Origin: Balanoglossus misakiensis
Lineage: Eukaryota; Animalia; Hemichordata
Assembly (NCBI GenBank): GCA_040954595.2
Contig: CM082576.2
Coordinates: 10,667,129-10,731,128, forward strand
DNA length: 64,000 nucleotides
Reading direction: 5' to 3'
Below, one piece after another: positions 1-10,684 of this stretch; positions within the stretch are counted from its first letter, which is position 1, and each line of letters starts with the position of its first letter. The notes under the pieces are model-generated. The model did no database searches. It was not told where the DNA came from and saw only the letters and a list, made by a program, of their open reading frames with translations. Made by a program: the position numbers and the translations under genes.

Positions 1-3000
1 AAAATGTGCCAAATTTTGAGATTTCGCCAGGTCGAAAAATTGTCATTTTTTGATGATTTTCATGAGCTATAACCCATGATTTTTGTCAAAAATGGGCCAA
101 ATTTTGAGATTTCGCCAGGTCGAAAAATTGTCATTTTTGATGATTTTCATGAGCTTTAACCCATGATTTTTGTCAAAAATGTGCCAAATTTTCAGATTTC
201 GCCAGGTCGAAAAATTGTCATTTTTTGATGATTTTCATGAGCTATAACCCATGATTTTTGTCAAAAATGGGCCAAATTTTGAGATTTCGCCAGGTCGAAA
301 AATTGTCATTTTTTGATGATTTTCATGAGCTATAACCCATGATTTTTGTCAAAAATGGGCCAAATTTTGAGATTCCTCAAGGTCGAAAAATTGTCATTTT
401 TTGATGATTTTCATGAGCTATAACCCATGATTTTTGTCAAAAATGGGCCAAATTTTGAGATTTCGCCAGGTCGAAAAATTGTCATTTTTTGATGATTTTC
501 ATGAGCTATAACCCATGATTTTTGTCAAAAATGGGCCAAATTTTGAGATTTCGCCAATTCGAAAAATTGTCATTTTTTGATGATTTTCATGAGCTATAAC
601 CCATGATTTTTGTCAAAAATGGGCCAAATTTTGAGATTCCTCAAGGTCGAAAAATTTTCATTTTTTGATGATTTTCATGAGCTATAACCCATGATTTTTG
701 TCAAAAAAGGGCCAAATTTCGAGATTTCGCAAGGTCGAAAAATTGTCATTTTTTGATGATTTTCATGAGCTATAACCCATGATTTTTGTCAAAAATGGGC
801 CAAATTTTGAGATTTCGCCAGGTCGAAAAATTGTCATTTTTTGATGATTTTCATGAGCTATAACCCATGATTTTTGTCAAAAATGGGCCAAATTTTGAGA
901 TTTCGCCAGGTCAAAAAATTGTCATTTTTGGATGATTTTCATGAGCTATAACCCATGATTTTTGTCAAAAATGGGCCAAATTTTGAGATTCCTCAAGGTC
1001 GAAAAATTGTCATTTTTTGATGATTTTCATGAGCTATAACCCATGATTTTTGTCAAAAATGGGCCAAATTTTGAGATTTCGCCAGGTCGAAAAATTGTCA
1101 TTTTTTGATGATTTTCATGAGCTATAACCCATGATTTTTGTCAAAAATGGGCCAAATTTTGAGATTTCGCAATGTCGAAAAATTGTCATTTTTTGATTAT
1201 TTTCATGAGCTATAACCCATGATTTTTGTCAAAAATGGGCCAAATTTTGAGATTTCGCCAGGTCGAAAAATTGTCATTTTTTGATGATTTTCATGAGCTA
1301 TAACCCATGATTTTTGTCAAAAATGGGCCAAATCTTGAGATTTCGCCAGGTCGAAAAATTGTCATTTTTTGATGATTTTCATGAGCTATAACCCATGTTT
1401 TTTGTCAAAAATGGGCCAAATTTTGAGATTTCGCCAGGTCGAAAAATTGTCATTTTCTGATGATTTTCATGAGCTATAACCCATGTTTTTTGTCAAAAAT
1501 GGGCCAAATTTTGAGATTTCGCAAGGTCGAAAAATTGTCATTTTTTGATGATTTTCATGAGCTATAACCCATGATTTTTGTCAAAAATGGGCCAAATTTT
1601 GAGATTTCGCCAATTCGAAAAATTGTCATTTTTTGATGATTTTCATGAGCTATAACCCATGATTTTTGTCAAAAATGGGCCAAATTTTGAGATTCCTCAA
1701 GGTCGAAAAATTTTCATTTTTTGATGATTTTCATGAGCTATAACCCATGATTTTTGTCAAAAAAGGGCCAAATTTCGAGATTTCGCAAGGTCGAAAAATT
1801 GTCATTTTTTGATGATTTTCATGAGCTATAACCCATGATTTTTGTCAAAAATGGGCCAAATTTTGAGATTTCGCCAGGTCGAAAAATTGTCATTTTTTGA
1901 TGATTTTCATGAGCTATAACCCATGATTTTTGTCAAAAATGGGCCAAATTTTGAGATTTCGCCAGGTCAAAAAATTGTCATTTTTGGATGATTTTCATGA
2001 GCTATAACCCATGATTTTTGTCAAAAATGGGCCAAATTTTGAGATTCCTCAAGGTCGAAAAATTGTCATTTTTTGATGATTTTCATGAGCTATAACCCAT
2101 GATTTTTGTCAAAAATGGGCCAAATTTTGAGATTTCGCCAGGTCGAAAAATTGTCATTTTTTCATGATTTTCATGAGCTATAACCCATGATTTTTGTCAA
2201 AAATGGGCCAAATTTTGAGATTTCGCAATGTCGAAAAATTGTCATTTTTTGATTATTTTCATGAGCTATAACCCATGATTTTTGTCAAAAATGGGCCAAA
2301 TTTTGAGATTTCGCCAGGTCGAAAAATTGTCATTTTTTGATGATTTTCATGAGCTATAACCCATGATTTTTGTCAAAAATGGGCCAAATCTTGAGATTTC
2401 GCCAGGTCGAAAAATTGTCATTTTTTGATGATTTTCATGAGCTATAACCCATGTTTTTTGTCAAAAATGGGCCAAATTTTGAGATTTCGCCAGGTCGAAA
2501 AATTGTCATTTTCTGATGATTTTCATGAGCTATAACCCATGTTTTTTGTCAAAAATGGGCCAAATTTTGAGATTTCGCAAGGTCGAAAAATTGTCATTTT
2601 TTGATGATTTTCATGAGCTATAACCCATGATTTTTGTCAAAAATGGGCCAAATTTTGAGATTTCGCCAGGTCGAAAAATTGTCATTTTTTGATGATTTTC
2701 ATGAGCTATAACCCATGATTTTTGTCAAAAATGGGCCAAATTTTGAGATTTCGCCAGGTCGAAAAATTGTCATTTTTTGATTATTTTCATGAGCTATAAC
2801 CCATGATTTTTGTCAAAAATGGGCCAAATTTTGAGATTTCGCCAGGTCGAAAAATTGTCATTTTTTGATGATTTTTATGAGCTATAACCCATGATTTTTG
2901 TCAAAAATGGGCCAAATCTTGAGATTTCGCCAGGTCGAAAAATTGTCATTTTTTGATGATTTTCATGAGCTATAACCCATGATTTTTGTCAAAAATGGGC

Positions 3001-5599
3001 CAAATTTTGAGATTTCGCAAGGTCGAAAAATTGTCATTTTTTGATGATTTTCATGAGCTATAACCCATGATTTTTGTCAAAAATGGGCCAAATTTTGAGA
3101 TTTCGCCAGGTCGAAAAATTGTCATTTTTTGATGATTTTCATGAGCTATAACCCATGATTTTTGTCAAAAATGGGCCAAATTTTGAGATTTCGCAAGGTC
3201 GAAAAATTGTCATTTTTTGATGATTTTCATGAGCTATAACCCATGATTTTTGTCAAAAATGGGCCAAATTTTGAGATTCCTCAAGGTCGAAAAATTGTCA
3301 TTTTTTGATGATTTTCATGAGCTATAACCCATGATTTTTGTCAAAAAAGGGCCAAATTTCGAGATTTCGCAAGGTCGAAAAATTGTCATTTTTTGATGAT
3401 TTTCATGAGCTATAACCCATGTTTTTTGTCAAAAATGGGCCAAATTTCGAGATTTCGCAAGGTCGAAAAATTGTCATTTTTTGATGATTTTCATGAGCTA
3501 TAACCCATGATTTTTGTCAAAAATGGGCCAAATTTTGAGTTTTCGCAAGGTCGAAAAATTGTCATTTTTTGATTATTTTCATGAGCTATAACCCATGATT
3601 TTTGTCAAAAATGGGCCAAATTTTGAGATTTCGCAAGGTCGAAAAATTTTCATTTTTTGATGATTTTCATGAGCTATAACCCATGATTTTTGTCAAAAAT
3701 GGGCCAAATTTTGAGATTCCGCAAGGTCGAAAAATTGTCATTTTTTGATGATTTTCATGAGCTATAACCCATGTTTTTTGTCAAAAATGGGCCAAATTTT
3801 GAGATTTCGCAAGATCGAAAAATTGTCATTTTTTGATGATTTTCATGAGCTATAACCCATGATTTTTGTCAAAAATGGGCCAAATTTTGAGATTTCGCCA
3901 GGTCGAAAAATTGTCATTTTTTGATGATTTTCATGAGCTATAACCCATGATTTTTGTCAAAAATGGGCCAAATTTTGAGATTTCGCAAGGTCGAAAAATT
4001 GTCATTTTTTGATGATTTTCATGAGCTATAACCCATGATTTTTGTCAAAAATGGGCCAAATTTTGAGATTCCTCAAGGTCGAAAAATTGTCATTTTTTGA
4101 TGATTTTCATGAGCTATAACCCATGATTTTTGTCAAAAAAGGGCCAAATTTCGAGATTTCGCAAGGTCGAAAAATTGTCATTTTTTGATGATTTTCATGA
4201 GCTATAACCCATGTTTTTTGTCAAAAATGGGCCAAATTTCGAGATTTCGCAAGGTCAAAAAATTGTCATTTTTTGATGATTTTCATGAGCTATAACCCAT
4301 GATTTTTGTCAAAAATGGGCCAAATTTTGAGTTTTCGCAAGGTCGAAAAATTGTCATTTTTTGATTATTTTCATGAGCTATAACCCATGATTTTTGTCAA
4401 AAATGGGCCAAATTTTGAGATTTCGCAAGGTCGAAAAATTGTCATTTTTTGATGATTTTCATGAGCTATAACCCATGATTTTTGTCAAAAATGGGCCAAA
4501 TTTTGAGATTCCGCAAGGTCGAAAAATTGTCATTTTTTGATGATTTTCATGAGCTATAACCCATGATTTTTGTCAAAAATGGGCCAAATTTTGAGATTCC
4601 TCAAGGTCGAAAAATTTATCATTTTTTGATGATTTTCATGAGCTATAACCCATGATTTTTGTCAAAAATGGGCCAAATTTTGAGATTTCGCCAGGTCGAA
4701 AAATTGTCATTTTTTGATGATTTTCATGAGCTATAACCCATGATTTTTGTCAAAAATGGGCCAAATTTTGAGATTCCTCAAGGTCGAAAAATTGTCATTT
4801 TTTGATGATTTTCATGAGCTATAACCCATGATTTTTGTCAAAAATGGGCCAAATTTTGAGATTTCGCAATGTCAAAAAATTGTCATTTTTTGATGATTTT
4901 CATGAGCTATAACCCATGATTTTTGTCAAAAATGGGCCAAATTTTGAGATTTCGCCAGGTCGAAAAATTGTCATTTTTTGATGATTTTCATGAGCTATAA
5001 CCCATGATTTTTGTCAAAAATGGGCCAAATTTTGAGATTTCGCCAGGTCGAAAAATTGTCATTTTTTGATGATTTTCATGAGCTATAACCCATGATTTTT
5101 GTCAAAAATGGGCCAAATTTTGAGATTTCGCCAGGTCGAAAAATTGTCATTTTTTGATGATTTTCATGAGCTATAACCCATGATTTTTGTCAAAAATGGG
5201 CCAAATTTTGAGATTTCGCATGGTCGAAAAATTGTCATTTTTTGATGATTTTCATGAGCTATAACCCATGATTTTTGTCAAAAATGGGCCAAATTTTGAG
5301 ATTTCGCAAGGTCGAAAAATTGTCATTTTTTGATGATTTTCATGAGCTATAACCCATGATTTTTGTCAAAAATGGGCCAAATTTTGAGATTTCGCAAGGT
5401 CGAAAAATTGTCATTTTTTGATGATTTTCATGAGCTATAACCCATGATTTTTGTCAAAAATGGGCCAAATTTTGAGATTTCGCTAGGTCGAAAAATTGTC
5501 ATTTTTTGATGATTTTCATGAGCTATAACCCATGATTTTTGTCAAAAATGGGCCAAATTTTGAGATTTCGCAAAGTTGAAAAATTGTCATTTTTTGATG
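1..5599 (+). repeat. 88-bp tandem satellite, subfamily A (~64 copies; array continues left of the window)
   Basis: Monomer AAAATGGGCCAAATTTTGAGATTTCGCCAGGTCGAAAAATTGTCATTTTTTGATGATTTTCATGAGCTATAACCCATGATTTTTGTCA repeats with period 88 (e.g. line starts at 241, 1561, 2881 and 4201 are in register, 1320 = 15x88). Copies are nearly identical. Confidence 0.99.
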
Positions 5600-5600
5600 C

Positions 5601-6360
5601 CATGCGTTATAGCTCATGAAAATTGTCAAAATATGACGATTTCCCGACTTTTCTAACTTTGGATATTTTGTCATTTTTGAACATTTTTCATGGGTTATAG
5701 CTCATGAAAATTGTCAAAATATGACGATTTCCCGACTTTTCTAACTTTGGATATTTTGTCATTTTTGAACATTTTTCATGGGTTATAGCTCATGAATATT
5801 GTCAAAATATGACGATTTCCCGACTTTGCGAACTTTGGTGATTTTGTCATTTTGGAACATTTTTCATGGGTTATAGCTCTTGAAAATTGTCAAAATATGA
5901 CGATTTCCCGACTTTGCGAACTTTGGTGATTTTGTCATTTTTGAACATTTTTCATGGGTTATAGCTCATGAAAATTGTCAAAATATGACGATTTCCCGAC
6001 TTTGCGAACTTTGGTGATTTTGTCATTTTCGAACATTTTTCATGGGTTATAGCTCATGAAAATTTTCAAAATATGACGATTTCCCGACTTTGCGAACTTT
6101 GGTGATTTTGTCATTCTTGAACATTTTTCATGGGTTATAGCTCATGAAAATTGTCAAAATATGACGATTTCCCGACTTTTCTAACTTTGGAGATTTTGTC
6201 ATTTTGGAACATTTTTCATGGGTTATAGCTCATGAAAATTGTCAAAATATGACGATTTCCCGACTTTTCTAACTTTGGAGATTTTGTCATTTTGGAACAT
6301 TTTTCATGGGTTATAGCTCATGAAAATTGTCAAAATATGACGAATCTGAATTCCCGACTT
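5601..6360 (-). repeat. 88-bp tandem satellite, diverged subfamily B, inverted relative to subfamily A (~8.5 copies)
   Basis: GTTATAGCTCATGAAAATTGTCAAAATATGACGATTTCCCGAC... recurs at 5606, 5694, ... (period 88). Its reverse complement aligns to subfamily A and shares TTTTCATGAGCTATAACCCATGA exactly. Confidence 0.97.
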
Positions 6361-6901
6361 AATAAAGCTCGACCAATTTCGCTCCACTGGCAAAATAACT
6401 TGGAGTGACAATAACTGTATCGGAACACTGACGAAAATAAATTGGCTGCCACACTCGGACAACTACTACCAGTCGTATTTGTTATATGAGCCACAGTGGA
6501 GTGGAGTGACTGCGCCTTAATAGCTGAAGCATACATTTGAAATGGCAAGGAGTGGCCTACTCCACTGTTGATAACTTAAATCACAGTCCCTTACACCACT
6601 TTATTTACAAACAGCGATTGATTCATGATACAGGAACATATAAGCTACCACGACTGCCCTTCGAGTGGCCAAGACAATTAGAATCTATTTGAGAAACACC
6701 TTTCTCATGCAAATCAGACAATTCAAAGTTTATCGCTTCCAAATGAAGACCTAAAGTTTTTTTTTCATTCGCGTGATTCGGCTGCAGGCAAGAACACCTT
6801 AGGCCTGTCAGTGTTAGGTACCGCGATTGGTAAAGCCGCAGTTTTATAATACACGTAATGATGCACACTGGATCGGTTGCGACGGATTGGTGAGAATCAA
6901 C

Positions 6902-7552
6902 ATGAAGCCCTTGGTTTACGTGTTGCTGCTGCTGTGTGCCCGTGCGTGCGACATCTCACTGGCCGAGAAGACCCCCGAGAAGTCGGATAAATGTATCGAG
7001 GAGTGTTTGGAGGAAGAGTGGGACGACGTGGAAGAACGCGAGTACGAGGCGGCGGCGAGGAATTCGGGCGAGAGGACTGGCGGCGTACTGCGCTGCAAAG
7101 ACCGCGACGGCAACATCGTGTCTTGCCAGCAGCAGCAGCAGAGCAAAGTACCGTCGACCGAGTCGGACGTCGTCGTGTTCGGCGGAAAGGAGCGCGAAGT
7201 CGTCGACAGGTCGTGCGCTCACTGCAGAGACGGACAGATATGCGTGGGATTCCCCGAGGACAACTACGACGAGCCCGAGTGCGTGGACAATATCGGACCG
7301 TGCGGGGAACAGTGCGACGTCGGGGAGGACTGCCGACGGGTCGCCGGGAATCGTTACAACTGCGTTCTCGATCCGAGCTTTGATATCTGCGATACGTGCA
7401 CCGCCGACGAGATCTGTCTGGGGTTCCCGGGCGACGACGTCCCCAACGACTGCTACGAGATCGACGACGAACTACCGTGCGCCGGGATGTGCGAAGACTT
7501 CGAAACTTGCACGCAGCGAGGACGCAACGAATACCACTGTATCCCCCATTGA
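6902..7552 (+). CDS. Intronless secreted, acidic, cysteine-rich protein (216 aa) with two 8-Cys repeats; family not recognised
   Basis: ATG at 6902 in AACATGA context; hydrophobic N-terminus MKPLVYVLLLLCARAC (signal-peptide-like). Duplicated unit SCAHCRDGQICVGFPED...YNCV / ICDTCTADEICLGFPGD...YHCI. GC-rich coding-like composition against AT-rich flanks. AATAAA at ~7566 and ~7945. Confidence 0.8.
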   Translation: MKPLVYVLLLLCARACDISLAEKTPEKSDKCIEECLEEEWDDVEEREYEAAARNSGERTGGVLRCKDRDGNIVSCQQQQQSKVPSTESDVVVFGGKEREVVDRSCAHCRDGQICVGFPEDNYDEPECVDNIGPCGEQCDVGEDCRRVAGNRYNCVLDPSFDICDTCTADEICLGFPGDDVPNDCYEIDDELPCAGMCEDFETCTQRGRNEYHCIPH

Positions 7553-9103
7553 AGACACCAAGGCCAATAAACACAACCAACAATGGAAAACAAAGACGCC
7601 ACCTGAGCCGCGGTTCCCACGATTGAACAAGTTAATTGGGACATTTTCCTCTTTTGTATTTTCAACATCACTTGGGACCACCCATGACGATCTCGCGTTC
7701 TGGGTGAAGAACTTTTTAGCTGGGGTAACAAGCAGAGAAAATTGAAAAATGATTCGTTACTGGTAAATTTTACAGGAAAACATTGATTGTTTTTGACAAT
7801 AGCTATTTAACACGCATCGATTGCTGCTGACATATGTTTTGCCATTGCATGCTTGCATTATCTGTCGGAGAATGTCGGCATTTATATATATGTACATGTA
7901 TTATGTAAGCATAAAGAGTAACGAAGTTGTCCAATTCCAACTGAATAAACTGCCTGATGCTCGGATACTCTAGCTGTTGTTCCTATATGGTTTCGTTTGC
8001 GGAATCCCTGCAAGTACATTTCTCAGTAAACCCAAGAAAATTATTTAACCCATCCCCGAGAATCGTGCTAAAGTATAAACCACACAGTCACTACAGTTAT
8101 TTTTGGTCCGGGCTAGAATGGTAGGATTGTAGTAAAAAAAAATCCATTATCTTGAAATCAATGAAAGCCAAAATATGTTCCTCTTCTCATGAAGGTAAAC
8201 GATACCTGATATCAAATACCATACCTGACGTAACTAAGAACGCACCTGTTTTTCGACGTTATTTTGTTTTCAGGGAGAATTTTTTTTTACTCAGACATGA
8301 GACATATCGGTCCAATTACGTGATCCGCATAAGCTTTATCGCGACTGAATAGATTGGTGACGTAATTTCTGATATACCGTACGTATCATAAATACCATCT
8401 AGGCATGTATTTGATCTGGAGAAGGTGTCGACAGTCGAGTTTTGAAGACGATTTGTGGCTAGGAATTACATCTATTACGAAAACAACTCGTGTAATTACG
8501 AAAGTGAAACAAACGAAAGTTGTTCGAGATCTTTTAAAAGTACCCATAAGAACTTCCCTCTTTATACAGTAATTGCAAACCGATGTCATGTTTTAACGAA
8601 TCAAAGGGTGAACTTCGGTCGATCACCTGGACGCAGTATACGTTTGGACTGCAACGTAATGGACAGACTCGATGAGAAGAGCAAATAGGGGTCATCGTAA
8701 CACGACACCAAAAACTTGCCCCAGATGTACACATCCTTGGTGTTTATGCAGTATATATGCTTTTAAGTGTTCGTCGTTTAGTAGCTTCCGAACTACTTGT
8801 GTACTCTGACTTTCTGTAAAATATTGAAAACGGTCCAACAACATTTCACAAAGACAACCGCCCACAGGGGTTTGGAGAGGAATTCTCATAGGGACATTAC
8901 TTGCATGTGAAGTTATGTTCCATCAACTGGTGGGGAATACATTTAGAGGAACCTGATATATTGGACTTACTTTCCTTGTCAATCAAAGTGCGACTCTTGC
9001 GCGAAACTAACGCGTAAGTTTCATAACTGCCATGTAAAAATGTGTAAAATTGAACTGGAACAACTTTTTTTAGCGGATAGTAAAAACACAACCAGAATCA
9101 AGT

Positions 9104-9131
9104 TTTATTGTACATTCAAACAATTTTTATT
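9104..9131 (-). terminator. Candidate polyadenylation signals of the dynein gene (implying a ~1.3-kb 3' UTR)
   Basis: Two AATAAA hexamers on the minus strand (TTTATT at 9104-9109 and 9126-9131) downstream of the dynein stop at 10409. Confidence 0.45.
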
Positions 9132-10408
9132 GCTTGTCCATGAAACCAACAACTTGTAGCATTACAAAAAAGTCCATACACATGTGATACAATAATTTCA
9201 ATTCAATTCAATTCTAGAAGGCGAAGCTCGTCACTGCATATATAATTATCATACAAAGAAGTCCAATAATTATCTACTATGTACAGTTGTTATCGTTATA
9301 TCAGAAATAGATTCCACTGCATTAAAATACACATTTTACAAGTATAATTAGAAAAAAAATATTTCATTGATACTATTATATACAAAACATATATATTCTA
9401 TTATGTAGTAAGAATGTCTTGGTAGATGCTTTAAGAAAGCTCAATACAAATTGTGGACGGCTGTCATTTAAATTAAAGAAAGACAAAATAATGTTGATGG
9501 ATGGATTGAAATCGATTTTTTTTTTCACAGCAAAAGTAAGTGCCACTTCCTAATTCACCTGTTAGAATAAAACAATCACCCCTCTACTTGAATGGGATGG
9601 ACCACACCGACAAATCGGAGGTCAATCCAAGATACTATCATTACAGGTGTGATATGAGGGGGCAAGTGCAATTATTGGTGGCATATTTTCTGTCTTACGA
9701 AAATAAACTTCGCAAATACTGCCTGACTTGTTAGGAAAGGTACAGCTTTTTTTTTAAATATGGTTCCCAGATGTTGGTGTGCTTACCTGGCTGTGATCAG
9801 ATTTGTCCAAAAATGGTCCAATTCTGTAAATTTCATTACTGAGACACACACTGTACAAGGATACTTTGGCATTTCTAATTTACAAAAATACACATACAAT
9901 GCAAATAGCAATTTCATAGTTGCATTGTTCAATAAGGACAGATTAGAGATTGGGAATGGACGGCAATCGTGTCAAGTATTTACGGGACGGTATGGCAGAA
10001 AAATGCTCATACAGCATTTTAAACATAAACTGGCAAACTTTTGCATATTTTGGGACACGAGAAATAAGTAATTGTAGCAATTATTCACATCACCCATGGA
10101 TAAATGATACCTTTCTTACATATAATATCTGTCTTGCACTGTTCAAACCTTTCTGATACCACTCACATCAAGATAAGTTATCGTGGTGTCTTAAAGAAGG
10201 GCCATATCGGAAAAAAATATCTTGTACATGCATGAAGAGATTCCATCCTAATTCAGACAAAAATAATCTCCATGGTAAATGTCATGAAATCAAAGCTCTT
10301 CACAATAAGTTTAAACATACAAAGAACTTTTACTTGAAATATTTCTAAGGCTTCTTACCACAGAAATACAACACGGTTTAGCCCACTGTGCATGTGATGA
10401 AAGGGGTT

Positions 10409-10684
10409 TTAGTCGTCCAACTGGCAGAGCAGAGCGACACCTCTCGTGACCCACAGATCGGGCGGGTGTTGCGTCGGCAGACTGATAGCCGTGACAAAGT
10501 TTGTAGAGTGACCGGTCGACGACAGCGTCCCGGCCCTCGATGACGTCCTGTACAGCGGACACTCGTATATAAGCTTCTCGTCTTCAGGTCGCGACTGGCT
10601 GTCTTGAGATTTCTTGCGTGCGACCAGAGGTGTGGACGTCCTGCTGCTGACATCAGAAACTGCGTCTCTTGCGAGAGTAGATGT
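10409..10684 (-). CDS. DNAH14: Dynein terminal coding exon (C-terminal domain; coding frame absent from the ORF track)
   Basis: catcag|ACA TCT ACT... reads [91 protein letters not shown], with TAA at 10409-10411. Confidence 0.95.
   Translation of the reverse strand, partial: TSTLARDAVSDVSSRTSTPLVARKKSQDSQSRPEDEKLIYECPLYRTSSRAGTLSSTGHSTNFVTAISLPTQHPPDLWVTRGVALLCQLDD

Noticed and set aside
1-6360. CRISPR array
   Set aside because: Monomers are contiguous with no unique spacers, the variable window has only a few recurring point variants, there are no cas genes, and the context is eukaryotic.
6827-6901. N-terminal extension given by the ORF track
   Set aside because: It starts at a non-ATG codon; the ATG at 6902 directly precedes the hydrophobic signal sequence.
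6902-7552. Horizontal transfer inferred from high GC
   Set aside because: Long exons of the native dynein gene are equally or more GC-rich, so composition alone is not evidence.
6897-7745. Overlapping long ORFs on other frames and strands (228, 269, 130 aa)
   Set aside because: Arg/Ser/Pro-rich shadow frames of a GC-rich CDS; only the 6902 frame shows a signal peptide and repeat structure.
8152-10156. Short ORFs between the Cys-rich gene and the dynein
   Set aside because: AT-rich, with no motifs or splice-consistent structure; most likely intergenic and 3' UTR sequence.
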